Assembly: GCF_009914755.1 (NCBI RefSeq) | Contig: NC_060929.1 | DNA length: 64,000 nucleotides | From: the human T2T-CHM13v2.0 reference genome, Homo sapiens | Strand: one strand, 5' to 3' | In this document: positions 13,156 to 27,000 of the stretch, piece after piece | How positions within the stretch are numbered: the stretch's first letter is position 1 | Layout of the letters: each line of letters opens with the position of its first letter | Notes under the pieces: generated by a model | Database searches by the model: none | Seen by the model: the letters and a program-made list of their open reading frames with translations, nothing else | What the model was told of the DNA's origin: nothing | Program-made: the position numbers and the translations under genes

Positions 13156-16100
13156 AATTTGAAATCAGGATCAAAACTTTAGATATGACTTTATTTATTT
13201 AAGTTTCCAGAAATCAGTTCTCCATTCTCTTAACTCCATCAAATGCAGGATCTGCAGCTCTGCGGCTACATGCTTTTAAAGTTCTTCTATTTGAACATAA
13301 AGTAATATGTAAACATTAAATAATAAAAAACTACTTTCTCATAGCATACAATTAGAGGTCATTTCAGAACAAGAAGCATAATGAGTTCTCTATTTACATA
13401 TTTGTTCTTAAAATTCAAAACTTTTTTTTAAGAGCCTCTGTAAGTTATCAGTTTGAAGTATGTGGCAGGAATTTTGAGTAGTTCACCAAAATTTTAATCA
13501 CTGTCTGCTGCTGCAGAAATGTGAATTTGTTAATTGGATTTCTGCTTCTCAATATACCAATTCAGAATGGATGCTCTGCTCCTCCTCTTTCACTCTGGCA
13601 GTCACACAGTCTCTAATTGAGTTTTTTTCCTAGGACTTTTCTTTCCACCAAATCTCTTTCTTTCCTCCACATAAGATTTCTAGAGCTCATAACAAACTAC
13701 AAACAGCACTTAAAGTTAGCAGCGCTAAGCAGCCTTGTCACTTTTTTACCCAGCAGGAGCTAAGAATGAAAATTTCCCTTCAATTAAAAAATAAAATATT
13801 CACACTGTTTCACTTAAAGAAGAAAACAAATCAAAGCTTAAGTAAATTAAGGGTAAATTAAGTCAAATGTGAATGCAAGCAAGAAAAGACTGCTTCAACT
13901 AATTGGACTGGTTGTATACTTCATTTCCTCATATCAAGTTCAGAGATCTACAAAAAAAAGAGACAGTTCACAAAATTTCGAACCAATTTCAGTCACTTGC
14001 ACTCATGGATCACACTTCAAAGGGTGAAAAGTTTTGGAAATATATTCCAAATGAAAGTTTTATAATCTTATTTTTTAAAGTAGTGAAATAACTAAAATGC
14101 CATTAGCCCAAGACGAAAGCTTACCATATCCAAGCCAAGTGACCTGTACACTGGCCTCTTGATCTTGTACTGTCTATTAAAGCAATACAGTCAAATCATT
14201 TCACTCATTATTTCTAAATGTGTTAAGCTGAAAAACAAAGGAATGATAGTAATGATTTTTAACTTAATGAATGTTATGTCATATATTTTTATTTTCTGGC
14301 ATTCCAAAAATGTTACAGAAATGTTGTATCTACACTCTCAAATAAAATATCTTTTTTTTCCTGGTTTACAGTATGCAACTGGGACTCACCTTCACATGGA
14401 AAATCTCATGGCCTTACATTCTCATTTATTGGTCTCAACCCCAAGTTAATAAAAAATGCCTAAACCTTAATTTCAGAAATCAGTTTTTCTATCCCGTGAT
14501 CAGATACTGTTTCAAAGAGTGGATGAGAAACTTTCGTCTTTTGAGCCAAAAAGCTGTAGTGCACAGGATGATAACCATCAGCTGAGCCACCTGCAATCTT
14601 TGGGTCTTCCACACTGTCACAAAAGGATTCTCTAATATGTGGAGAAACACCATGAGGCCCCCGTCAACAGGTCCCTATGGCTTCTCTCTGTAGAAGAGGT
14701 TTACTGCATAGACCTAGAACACTCTAAGTCACCTAGGAAGAAACTAAATAACCTAGGCATTCAGCAGCAGCTTTCTCTCCTTCTAATTTTAAGTCGTTTT
14801 TATGATAAAAAATTCCAAAATGTATACATAATTCTCCCCCAACCCATGCTCCAAAGTCTGCAAAGAAAGCCACAAGTCTAATATTAATAATCTAAAAATA
14901 AATCAGTTGGGTCATCCATACTAGTGAAACAGGAGTCACAGACTCTGGTCCTAAAATAAATAACTATGCAGATTTGAAAAAAATAGTATTTCTTCCACAA
15001 TCTTCAGCATTGTACTTGATTTCATTTTTCATGGTTATTACCAAAGTGCTCCCAGTCACCTGTCATGGATAGTGAAGGAATGAACACTTTCCAGGTGAGA
15101 AAAATCTTAGAAGAGTCAAACATTTTAAAGGGCAAGTAAGGATTCATATTTGAAATCCAGGTCAAGAACTCCCCAAACACTGAATCAGATCACATTTGTT
15201 TTACTTAGTTTTACATTGTTCTATAAACAGTTCCAAGAGGCAACAGCATTTGGTCCACCAAGTATTTCAATTTGAAATTAGTAAGTTTTACTTCCTGACT
15301 TCTGTAATTATACTCAATGTTATAAGCTGGAAGTGAATGAGCTAAAATTCTAGGTTAATGACTATGCTACAGGGAGTATATCAGTTATCAGTAAGAAATG
15401 GTAATCAGAAATATCTCTCTAAAGTTTTCCTTGATATTAAATAATATGGAATATGAAATTATTAAAGATGATAAAAGTATTTTTGAAATGAGGTGCAAAA
15501 ATTTATAACTTTGATTTATATAATAAAGCACTACTTTCTGAAACAAAGAAATGTCCAACTGTAAAACTGCTCTCTCAACCAATTTTAACCACCTATGAAT
15601 TCAAAAGCTTCAGCCAATTGAAATAAAATTAAAAATAACAATATCTAGTATACATCTAAGGTAGGACTTTAAATATCAACTTATCATTTACCTTAATATT
15701 GCATACTTTGGGTCACTTATACCTTCTCACACCAATACAAAAACATGACGAAGATTTTTTTAAAACAAATAAACAAGTACAGACAGGATAACATGAATTG
15801 TCTTTTAATTGTCAATCAAAACTATCCAAGATACAGCTTCAAATAACTAGTAACCAATAACTCAAATAACTAGTTCACAACAGTTAACTTCTTTAGTCAA
15901 ATATTTTTCTTTACATTTGCTTCTATAGATTGACATTATAGATTACAGCACTGAGAAAACATTTCAACTCTGTTGTTGCTAGAAGCATGTGTGAAAATGA
16001 TCTTTCTATAATTAAGCAGCTAGCACTCCACCCTATTCTTGGAATTCATCATGAACTTGTAGCTTTATTAGTCTTAATTGTCATGTAACTGCCTGAGCTT

Positions 16101-16320
16101 ACGTTTCTAGCTACAGCTTTTCTGGATTCAGGATGGCAGTATAGAGTTAGTGGTAGTCTAAGAAAGAGTCAGGTCTAATTTAAATCTTATATTATGTTCA
16201 ATTCTCTGCTTGTGCTTTGATGCCAATTGTTCCAATATTCTCTTAAAGAAAATAAATATCATTTCTATTGTCTTAAATGTGATTTCATGAAAGAAACGCA
16301 GAATGACACAGAAAGGAAGA

Positions 16321-16800
16321 TGTGTTGGTCAAGGTATAATTAGGAAAATAGAAACTACTATAAATATGAAATTACACAAAGGAAATTTCATTAAGGGAAT
16401 TGGTTATTTTGGTGAAGGAGCAGCCAAGAAGACAAACTGGATATGGTAGCGTAAGCCAGAAACTTAGCAACAGCAGGAAACCACCAGCATCCCAAAGCTG
16501 AAGACACTGAAGCTGATCCCTTCAGCATCCCAAAGCTGAAGACACTGAAGCTGATCCCTTCAGCATCCCAAAGCTGAAGACACAAAAGGAAGAGTCAGTG
16601 TTACTGGGACCCACAAGCCACAGTCAGCCAACACAAGTTGGAGCTGCAGATCAGTCCAGGGCTGGAACCACGGAGGAGACAGAGGTGTTGCCAGAAATGC
16701 TACCTGAGTTAGAGAAGGAGAGAGAGAAAAACATTTATTGTAGCTTCTGCCTCCCTGTGGCATTCCTGTCTCCCACTAAATGCAGCCTGCAAAGTTAAGC
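16321..16800 (-). mobile_element. Ancient MaLR (MLT1-type) LTR
   Basis: tgtgttggtcaagg...gaaaatagaaactact...ggaaatttcattaagggaattggtta...gcaacagcaggaaacc resembles old MLT1 LTRs in reverse. Confidence 0.5.
16485..16583 (+). repeat. Perfect 38-bp tandem repeat, 2.6 copies
   Basis: cagcatcccaaagctgaagacactgaagctgatccctt starts at 16485, 16523 and (partial) 16561. Confidence 0.97.
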
Positions 16801-19049
16801 CCCCCATAGAATATATATAGAGAAGAGCATGCTTAGAGAGAAGAAAGGTTCTGAGGGGAAGGAGGCCTGGTTCTGAGGGCAAGCAGCATGAAGCAAAAGA
16901 AAAGAAGGAGGAAGGGGGGCACAGGTTTCCAGCAATTAAAAGAAACAAAGTCACTCTAACGGGAGTTCTTTATAACAATCCAGAAACAGGAATGATTGCC
17001 AGAGTATTCCTGTACTTTGCCTGAGAAACCCACAGTGCTGACCAAGTTTGTTTTCTTCTTTGAGCCAGATGAAAGCTGCTTTCTTAGACACAGGAATATT
17101 GTTTCACTGTTAAAGATTCAAGATTGATAGTCAATTGCATGTTCAAAAGGGCCTCTGATAAAACACAATAACCAAGCATTTCCTCTGGTGAATGTAACAG
17201 AGAAAGTTCCAGTGGGAAGCTTTTTCTTGAAAAAAAAAAAAAAATTGATGGCCAATCATCCCACTGGGATACAATCAATTGAACAGAAGTCTACAGTGGG
17301 GGAAGCAGCTATGCTCCTGAAGGTTTTGTAAATACACTGTGATCAACAGCTTTTGTGTAAATGCCTGTAATACGTCTGGGCTAGAGAGCAAACATGTGAA
17401 GAGCTCAATTGCCTTTAGTCAATGTACTCTATTGGACTCTATTACTGGGCAAGTGTGTCTAGAGAAGCGGGATCTCAAAACCAAACTCTAATCCCAAAAT
17501 TATTAGAGAAAATAATGAGTAATAACATGTAAGCCCAAATTCTGCTAAAATGTTGAGGTTCCAAGCTAAAATTTTACAACACTCTACTGTCTCATAAATA
17601 ACTAACTTCTAACGATTAATAACAGGGAATTACTATGAAAATGAATTCCCTATATTTAAAGAATGCAACTACAATAAAGACACAACATAATTTATCTTGC
17701 TTTCAATATCCAGGAGCCCCTTTAGAATCATGGAGAACATTTTCGTTCATCAGTATAGACTTCACACAACATTAAACAAAATTGCAAAGAAAAAGATAAT
17801 ACATAGATTCTTTGGATTAGCTATGATTAACAACTGGCGCAGTGTGAATGTATGTACTGTGTTGAAGTATGCATGTAAATGAATAAACAATATGTATAGA
17901 CACAGGTACTTCCCTGTGGCTGATTGTGGTAGACAAGATCTGCCCAGGTGCAGTAAAAATGGTTCTGAAATAAGATAGTTTAATTAATTAAAAATAAAAT
18001 ACAGTTAAGTATTTTATACATGTACAAAGCAATTGCCTATAACTACTAATGTTTTTAATAAATGTTTTAAATTAATGTTTTTAAAATAAATTGGATTATA
18101 TTTAACTCTGTAATTCTCAATACATGCTTACTTCAAGTTAATAAATGAGATATGCTTATTTTTTTCTCAGTAGTATATTTTCTCATTAAATTAAATCATT
18201 AATTTATTCTCATTAAGCTCCAAACCTGGTTTCTCTAATTCGGGCAGTCTGTTCTGCTGATTTAGAAATGGGACCCCTTCCATGTTCAATATCACTCTTT
18301 ATGTATAAACCACAAGACTAGGGGAAGTAGAGTGACACTGATCCTTAAATAAAATTTCTGCCACAAAACACTGTGAATGAATTTGAAAGTAAAAAAAAAA
18401 AAAAAAAAAATGAAAGCAACAGCTCATAATCTCTTTCTTGGATAAAGACTGACCTCATGTGTTAGAGACCAGATAAAATAGAGTTGATATCCTTTTTACA
18501 AGAGTATTTTCAACAAAAACCACAATTTACAAACAAGTGTGTGATAAACATTCAGAGTGGACTGAGGATAATATAAGCAAAGCAAAATAATATTTAAAAT
18601 ATAAAGCCATGATCCAAGAAAGGCTCTTTCAAAAACAATTGCCAATTCTCTTCATTTTATATTTATATGTTTATGTTAAAGCCTGAAGCAACCATTTTAT
18701 CAAAAGACAGATGCCACAAAGAAACTTATCGACTCACTTTATTTGTTAGGACTTTTATAAACTGAGTCATTTGAAAGATGAATTCATTTATTTTACTAGT
18801 GTGATACTGATACCTATTACCATTGAAGTTGCTGAAATGAAAATGTAGCACAAACAAATACACATTACAACTAGAGTGTAAGTAATAGAGTTATAAAAGA
18901 GTACCCTCACTGATCAGGTATTACTGACTAAACAGCATGAAAAAATAAAAGTGGTAAGTTTCTATTGCTTATGTAGATGTTGTCTATACTAATTTATGAA
19001 AACATCAAAGTCACTAATTTGGGCAGTAATAATAAGGTAGAAGAGTATA

Positions 19050-19385
19050 TCCCAGTTTCCCCTTAGCCAAGGGAGATGCAATCCAAGACTCCCAGGGGAT
19101 GCCTGAAACTGAGAATAATACAGAACTCTATCTATACTATATTTTTTCCTATATAGTAACAGGTAGGTAGCATATATAGGATGGATATGCTGGACAAAGA
19201 CGATTCATAGCCCTGGCAGGAGGGAGTGGGACAGTGCAAGATTTCAACACTACTTAGAACAGCTGCAATTTAACACTTACTAAGTGTTTATGTCTGAAAT
19301 TTATCATCTAACAGTTTCGGCCTGTGGTTGACTGCAGGTAACTGACACCTGGGAAAATGAAACAGCAGATGGTGGGATCTACTGG
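19050..19385 (+). mobile_element. Tigger2-family MITE (MER2B-like)
   Basis: cagtttccccttagccaaggg...atgcctgaaac...tggttgactgcaggtaactga...gggatctactg with degenerate terminal inverted repeats. Confidence 0.72.
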
Positions 19386-19769
19386 ATCCCCTTATTCAGT
19401 GTATTGCTATAGTACGAGTTTTTTAAATGCTTTTTAAAAAATACTATTTTAGTTACACAGTGCGTTTAACTTAAATAATTAAGCAACCTTTAATGGGTCA
19501 GCAGGAAAAGAAAAAAATTATACAACAAAGAGTAAACAAACATAGTTATTAATCTTAACATTCAGCACTGACACTCAGGTAGAAAAAAGGTCATAAAGTT
19601 TTTAAGTAAGTTTTATTTTCATAAAATTATTGTATCTTATGTTAATGAAAGAACATAAGTACGTCAGGACTAACAAGTTATGAGGAACTTTCGTACATCA
19701 TGATGAATATTTTTTAATTAGCTTTTTTTTTTCATTGTTCAACCACTTCTTTAGTTATGTGCCAAGAAC

Positions 19770-19885
19770 TCTTCCTCATGCATCCCTAGAGGCAGGTAGA
19801 TGGTATTACTATCCTTCTTTTACAGATGAGGAAACTGAGGCAGAGAGATTAGGTGATTTGTCCTAGGTCATACAATCAGTAATCA
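19770..19885 (-). mobile_element. MIR core
   Basis: ttttacagatgaggaaactgaggcagagagattaggtgatttgtcctaggtcatac. Confidence 0.8.
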
Positions 19886-20735
19886 TACAATTAGCTTTGT
19901 TGACTGCAATAAATGCGTTGCTGGCCTTGGCAAACTTCTAAGAAAAAAATATCAATTAATGGATCACATCAGGCCTAGATAATCAAAGCTTATATTCTCA
20001 ACACTTGATTTTTGGCTCAACTCTTAACTGCTAAAAAGCTAAAAAGTAGCAAAAGCATGGTCATCCAAAAAAACCCTTTCATAATACAGTACTCACTAGG
20101 TCATATTCATTAGGGAATATTTCAGAGCTGAATGAATTTAAGAACATATTTTTTACATCTCAGAATATCACTCAAGCACCTATAATTAATCAGAAACAAA
20201 TGAAATGATAACCTATGACAAAGCAGCAATATTACCATTTAAGTAGTAAAACAGTGTGTTCTTTCTGTAGAGTAAGGCAATCTAAACCAATTGATTGTTT
20301 GAAAATTTAAAAGGCAAGAAAGTTAATTTTTCATTTCTAGTCTCTGAATAAACAAAAAAAGGAGGATGAAAATTGAGTTAGCTGCATGAATGAACATTCT
20401 TTCAGTTACTTATGTTAAATCAACTGAAAAAATCAATTTTGTTTTCCTTTAAAAACATTTAACATTTCCAACCATAAGCACTTTTAAAATATGTGCTTTT
20501 CTTGAAGTTCTTTAAATGTGATTATGATACAAGAAAATATCAAAAGTTTTATCTAGCTGTCTGTTACCTTCCTAAGGAACTCTGTTTTTAAAAAACAATA
20601 TAAAACAAAACTCAACCAAACCCATACGCAACACATCCCAAATACTCGGTTAATGTTTGTAAGCTGTTGATAAATAAATATTATAAATATAAATAAAAAT
20701 TCTCTACCATCTTAATAGTTATTTAATATAAGGTC

Positions 20736-21023
20736 TTTTCTTTTTTCTTTTTTCCTTTCAGAGATAGGATCTCGCTGATTGCAGTGGCATGATCATGGCT
20801 CACAGTAGCCTCAAATTCCTGGGCTCAAGCAATCCACCCACCTCAAGCCTCCAGAGTAGCTGGGAATACAGGCATACACCACCAAACCCAGCTAATTTTT
20901 TGTAGAGATGGGTCTTACTATATTAATAGCCCAGGCTGGTCTTGAACTCCTGGCCTCAAGGAATCCTCTCACCTCAGCATCCCAAAGTACTAGGATTACA
21001 GGCATGAGCCAACACACCCACCC
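20736..21023 (-). mobile_element. AluJ
   Basis: Diverged reverse Alu with J diagnostics (cctcaaattcctgggctcaagcaatcc). Confidence 0.88.
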
Positions 21024-21451
21024 TAAAAAAAGGTCTTCTTGACTACTGATTGAAATCATTTGTACTGATTTGATATAAATAAACACACAAGAGATTTGTG
21101 ACATTATATTGATGAAGTTACAGCATTTCTAAGGCTTGCCTTTGAACTACATGTAAAAATAACTTGCCATTTTTGGCATTTCAGACTCTACAGGTAGCCT
21201 ATTCAACATATAAAATAATATATGTTAATACATATTATCCTAAGCATTTTCCATGTCATTACGTATTCTTGAAAAGTATAATATTGAATAGTACAATTTT
21301 ATCATGTTAGACTAACATCAACATTTTTAATTTTTTTACCCCTTAAAAGTTTTTTAATCATTATGGAAATTTTCATATATAAACAAAAGTATTGAGAAGG
21401 TATAATAAACCTTCATGTCTTAAAACCTAGCTCGATTATCAATATTTTGCA

Positions 21452-21750
21452 TTTTTTTTTCTTTCAGAAACAGGGTCACATTCTGTTGCCCAAGCTGGAG
21501 CACAGTGGTGTGATCGAAACTTACTGCAGACTCTAACTCTTGGGCTCAAAAGATCCCCTCATTTCAGCCTTCCAAGCAGCTAGGACCATAGCATGTGCCA
21601 CCATGCCCAGCTAATTTCTAATTTTTTTTTTAGAAACAGGGTTTGTTACCCTGTCTCTAAAAGTCACATCCTTTATTATCATACAAGCCATCCTCCCGCT
21701 TCAGCATGCCAAGCATCTGAGATTACAGGCACAAAACTACATTGCTGGCC
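21452..21750 (-). mobile_element. AluJ
   Basis: Diverged dimeric reverse Alu. Confidence 0.85.
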
Positions 21751-22260
21751 CAATATTTTCACGATTTTTGTTTCCTTTATTGGCCTATGCACTTTTATCT
21801 TTTTCTTGTTTTTAGTCCCTTTGTAATATTTTAAACCAAATCCCTAATACTGTGTCATTTTACCAGTAAATAAAGTATGTGTCTCTTACTGATAAAAATT
21901 TAACAAGCATACCACTATCATTCTTGACAAAACTAACAATAATACCTTGTTATCATTCAATGACCACTTCACATTCAAGTTTTCTCAATAATCTCAAGGA
22001 TATATATTTTAATGTTGTTTTGTTACTGTCAGGATTCAAGCAAAATCTCCACATCACATTTAGTTGTTTTGTCTTGAGTGTTTTCTATAAAAATGTCTCT
22101 CTTTCTTTTCTACAATGTTTTTTCCTTAGAGAAACTGGGTCATTTGCGTTAGACAAATCTAGATTTAGCTGATTGTCTTTTTGTGGTATTATTTAACATG
22201 ATGCTTTAATCCTACTATTTCCTGTAAATAGGTAAATACAGAGGCAGATTAGATTCAGGC

Positions 22261-22459
22261 TTTTTGTTTTGTTTTGTTTTTTAGACAGAGTCTCGCTCTG
22301 TCACCCAGGCTAAAGTGCAGTGAGTGGCATGATCTCAGCTCACTGCAACTTCTGCCTCCCGGTCCCGGGTTTCAAGCAATTCTTGTGCCTCAGCCTTCCG
22401 AGTAGATGGGATTACAGTCACTCCCCACCCTGCCTGGCTAATTTTTGTATATTTAGTAG
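22261..22459 (-). mobile_element. Partial AluS (right arm plus linker)
   Basis: (gtttt)n tail, agacagagtctcgctctgtcaccc...ctaatttttgtatatttagtag then stops. Confidence 0.85.
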
Positions 22460-23562
22460 CAAGAATACTATATAAATGATGCTGTGTACTCTCTACTGCA
22501 TCACCTCAAGAGTACTTAAGGTGTGCTGTCTCACTTTTCTTCATGCTAAGATTGATCAGTGAGTTAAATGCTATCAACTTCTTCCCTCCATTATGATATT
22601 CCTACATGGGAATATCAATCCACATATAATCGCTTTTGCTTTCATTGATGATGATCATTGCCTCGGTCCATTATTTCAAGATAACTGCAAAATTATAATT
22701 TTCTAATTCTATCATTCCTCTTTTCATTTGTCACTAGAATCCTATTCAGAAGAACTTTCCCTTATGAATTATGTGTTTACTTTTTTGTAATTCCTATAAG
22801 AAAAAAAGGATAAATATGTGATTCTCATTTTGTTTACTCATTTTTAGAGTAATAAACTGCTGCCTTATTAAGTTCCAAAGATGACCAATGCGCTTTTCTT
22901 TAAAAACATCTTTACTGAAGAAAAACTGACATACCAAAGACTGCACATACATATCTAAAATGTATAATTTGGTAAGTTTTGACATATGCACCATGAAATA
23001 TTTACCACAACCAACATAATATATGTCATCCCCCAAAGTCGTCACATGCTCCATTGTACTCCTTCCTTTTTGTTCCTCTCTCCTCCCTCCCCTCCCTTAC
23101 TGGTGGGCTCTTTGTAACTTGACAATCATTTGCATTTCTTAGAATTTCACAGATGAAACAGAACTCTTTTTTTTATCTGGCTTGTTATACTCAGCAAAAT
23201 TATTTTGAGATTAATCCATGTGATAGTATGTATCAGTAATTCATTCCTTTAACACCCTGTGTGGTATTCCATTGTATAAATATACCAGATTGTTTATACA
23301 TACACCAACTGACAGACATTTGGGTGGTTTTAAGTTTGGGACTGTTTCTAATAAAGCTGCTATATGGATCCATGTCTTTGCATGTACCTGTGCTTTCATT
23401 GATCTTGAGTAAATACCGAGTCGTGAAATGACTGTATCATATAGCAGGTACACATTTAACAGTTTTAGAAATTACTAAAGTGTTTACCAAAGTAAACACT
23501 TTGGACCATTTTACATTCTCACAATGTGTAAAATTGGACCACAAGTATGTGTAACTGGACCA

Positions 23563-23771
23563 CATACCTATGATACAGTTTAATTCATCAGTTAGGCATG
23601 AGATTAATAACAATAACTAATAATAAAATAGAACAATTATAACAATATGCTGTAATAAAAGTGATGTGAATGTGGTCTCCCCGACCCCCTCAAAATATCT
23701 TCTTGTTTTGTACTTTGGGTAACTGATACCACCCATGGAAAGTGAAACTGCAGATAAGGGAAAAGGGACTC
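23563..23771 (+). mobile_element. Partial MER2, inverted copy of 30515-30726
   Basis: Reverse complement aligns along its whole length to the MER2 at 30512-30834. Confidence 0.85.
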
Positions 23772-24084
23772 TCTCCTTAATTTGCATGAAATTTCCATTC
23801 ATCTAAGCTGTTGAATTAATAGATGGTTCTGGTTTCTCTAAATTCTCACCAACAATTGATATGCAAGTGTTTTTTTTTTATTATACTTTAAGTTCTGGGG
23901 TACGTATGGCAGAACGTGCAGTTTTGTTACATAGGTATACACATACCATGGTGGTTTCCTGCACCCATCAACCCATCACCTACATTAGGTATTTCTCCTA
24001 ATGTTATCCCTTCCCTAGCACCCCAGCCCCCAACAGGCCCCGGAGTGTGATGCTCCCCTCCCTATGTCCATGTGTTCTCATTGT

Positions 24085-27000
24085 TCAACTCCCACTTACG
24101 AGTGAGAACATGCAGTGATTGGTTTTCTTGTCATAGTTTGCTGAGAATGATGGTTTGCAGTTTCCTCCATGACCCTGCAAAGGACATGAACTCATCTTTT
24201 TATGGCTGCATAGTACTCCATGGTGTATATGTGCCACATTTTCTTTATCCAGTATATTATTGATGGACATTTGGGTTGGTTCCAAGTCTTTGCTATTGTG
24301 AATAGTGCTGCAATAAACATACGTGTGCATGTGTCTTTATAGTAGAATGATTTATAATCCTTTGGGTATATACCCAGTAATGGGATTGCTGGGTCAAATG
24401 GTATTTCTAGTTCTAGATCCTTAAGGAATCACCACAGTCTTCCACAATAGTTGAACAACACTCCTACCGAGTGTTGTAAGTGTCCCTATTTCTCCACATC
24501 CTCTCTAGCATCTGTTGTTTCCTGACTTTTTAATGATTGCCATTAATGATCTGGTGTGAGGAGGTATCTCATTGTGGTTTTGATTTACATTTCTCTAATG
24601 ACCAGTGATGATGAGCATTTTTTTCATATGTCTGTTGACTGCATAAATGTCTCCTTTGAGAAGTGTCTGCTCATATTATTTGCCCACTTTTTGATGGAGT
24701 TGTTCTTTTCTTGTAAATTTGTTTAAGTTCTTTGTAGATTCTGGATATTAACCCTTTGTCAGATGGATAGATTGCAAAAATCTTCTCCCATTCTGTAGGG
24801 CCTGTTCACTCTGATGATAATTTCTTTCACTGTGCAGAAGCTCTTTAGTTTAATTAAATCCCATTTGTCTATTTTGGCTTTTGTTGCCATTGCTTTTGGT
24901 GTTTTAGAGATGAAGTCTTTGCCCATGCCTATGCCCTGAATGGTATTGCCCAGGTTTTCCTCTAGGATTTTTATGGACCTAGGTCTTACGTTTAAGTCTT
25001 TCACCCATCTTGAGTTGATTTTTGTATAAGGTGTAAGCAAAGGGTCCAGTTTCAGTTTTCTGCATATGTTGTGCAGTTCTCACAACACCATTTCTTAAAT
25101 AGGGAGTCTTTTCCTCATTGCTTGTTTCTGTCAGGTTTGTCAAAGATCAGATGGTTGTAGATACGTGGTGTTATTTCTTAGGTCTCTGTTCTGTTCCACT
25201 GGTCTATGTATCTGTTTTGGTACCAGTACCATGCTGTTTTGGTTACTGTACCCTTATAGTATAGTTTGCAGTCAGGTAGCATGATGCCTCCAGCTTTGTT
25301 CTTCTTGCACAGGACTGTCATGGCTATATGGGCTCTTTTTTGGTTCCATATAAATTTTAAAGTAGTTTTTTCCAATTATGTGAAGAAAGTCAGTGGCAGC
25401 TTCATGGGGATAGCTTTGAATCTATCAATTACTTTGGGCAGTATGGCCATTTTCATGATATTGATTCTTCCTATCCATGAGCATGGAATGCTTTTCCATT
25501 TGTTTGTGTCCTCTGTTATTTTCTTGAGCAGTGGTTTGTAGTTCTCCTTGAAGAGGTCCTTCATATCCCTTGTAAGTTGTATTCCTAGGTATTTTATTAT
25601 CTTTGTAGCAATTGCGAATGTGAGTTCACTCATTATTTGGCTCTCTGTTAGTCTGTTATTGGTGTATAGGAATGCTTGTGATTTTTGCACATTGATTTTG
25701 TATCCTGAGACTTTGCTGAACTTGCTTATCAGCTTAAGGAGATTTTGGGCTGAGATGATGGGGTTTTCTAAATACATAATCATGTCATCTTCAAAAAGAG
25801 ACAATTTGACTTCCTCTCTTCCTATCTGAATACTCTATTTCTTTCTCTTGCCTGATTGTCCTGGCCAGAACTTCCAATACTATGTTGAAGAGGAGTGGTG
25901 AGAGAGGGCATCCTTGTCTGGTGCCGGTTTTCAAAGGGAATGCTTCCACTTTTTGCCCATTCAGTATGATACTCACTGTGGGTTTGTCATAAATAACTCT
26001 TATTATTTTGAGATATGTTCCATCGATACCTAGTTTTTTGAAAGTTTTTAACATGAAGGGGTGTTGAATTTTGTCGAAGGCCTTTTCTGCATCTATTGAG
26101 ATAATCATGTGTTTTCTGTCATTGGTTCTGTTTATGTGATGAATTACATTTATTGATTTTCTTATGTTGAACCAGGCTTGCATCCAAGGAGTGAAGCCGA
26201 CTTGATCATAGTGGATAAGCTTTTTGATGTGCTGTTGAATTCGGTTTGCCAGTATTTTATTGAGGATTTTCGAATCAATGTTAATCAGGGATACTGGCCT
26301 AAAATTTTCTTTTTTTATTGTGTCACTACCAGGTTTTGGTAACAGGATGATGCTGGCCACATAAAATGAGTTAAGGAGGATTCCCTCTTTTTCTATTGTT
26401 TGGAATAGTTTCAGAGGAAATGGTACCAGCTCCTCTTTGTACTTCTGGTAGAATGCTGCTGTGAATCCGTCTGGTCCCAGACTTTTTTTTGGTTGGCAGA
26501 CTATTAATTACTGCCTCAATTTCAGAACTTGTTACTGGTTTATTCAGGAATTCAATTTCTTCCTCATTTAGACTTGGGAGGGTGTATGTGTCCAGGAATG
26601 TATCCATTTCTTCCAGATTTTCTAGTTTATTTGCATAGAGGTGTTTATAGTATTCTCTGATGGTAGTTTGTATTTCTGTGGGATCAGTGTTGATATTCCC
26701 TATATCATTTTTTATTGCATCTATTTGATCCTTCTCTCTTTTTTCTTTATTATTCTGGCTTGTGGTCTATCTATTTTGTTGATCTTTTCAAAAAACCAGC
26801 TCCTGGATTCATTGATTTTTTGAAGGTTTTTTCATGTCTCTATCTCCTACAGCTCTGCTCTGATCTTGGTTATTTCTTGTCTTCTACTAGACTTTGAATT
26901 TGTTTGCTGATGCTTCTCTAGTTCTACTAATTTTGATGTTAGGGTGTCAATTTTAGATCTTTCCTGCTTTCTCTTGTGAGTATTTAGTGCTATAAACTTC

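Larger units (their letters stand above)
21330..22890 (-). mobile_element. Ancient L1MC/L1ME 3' region, interrupted by two Alus; appears to resume at ~37130-37280
   Basis: attatggaaattttcatatataaacaaaagta... is a reverse old-L1 3' terminus; degenerate L1M 3'UTR sequence continues. Confidence 0.6.

Noticed and set aside
14125-14173. 49-nt minus-strand pseudo-exon (taatag|...ATG|gtaagc)
   Set aside because: Good donor but weak pyrimidine tract; expected by chance in 60 kb of intron.
16485-16583. Repeat-spacer-repeat pattern resembling a CRISPR array
   Set aside because: Spacers are identical and 15 bp, the context is a primate intron, and no cas genes are present; it is a tandem repeat.
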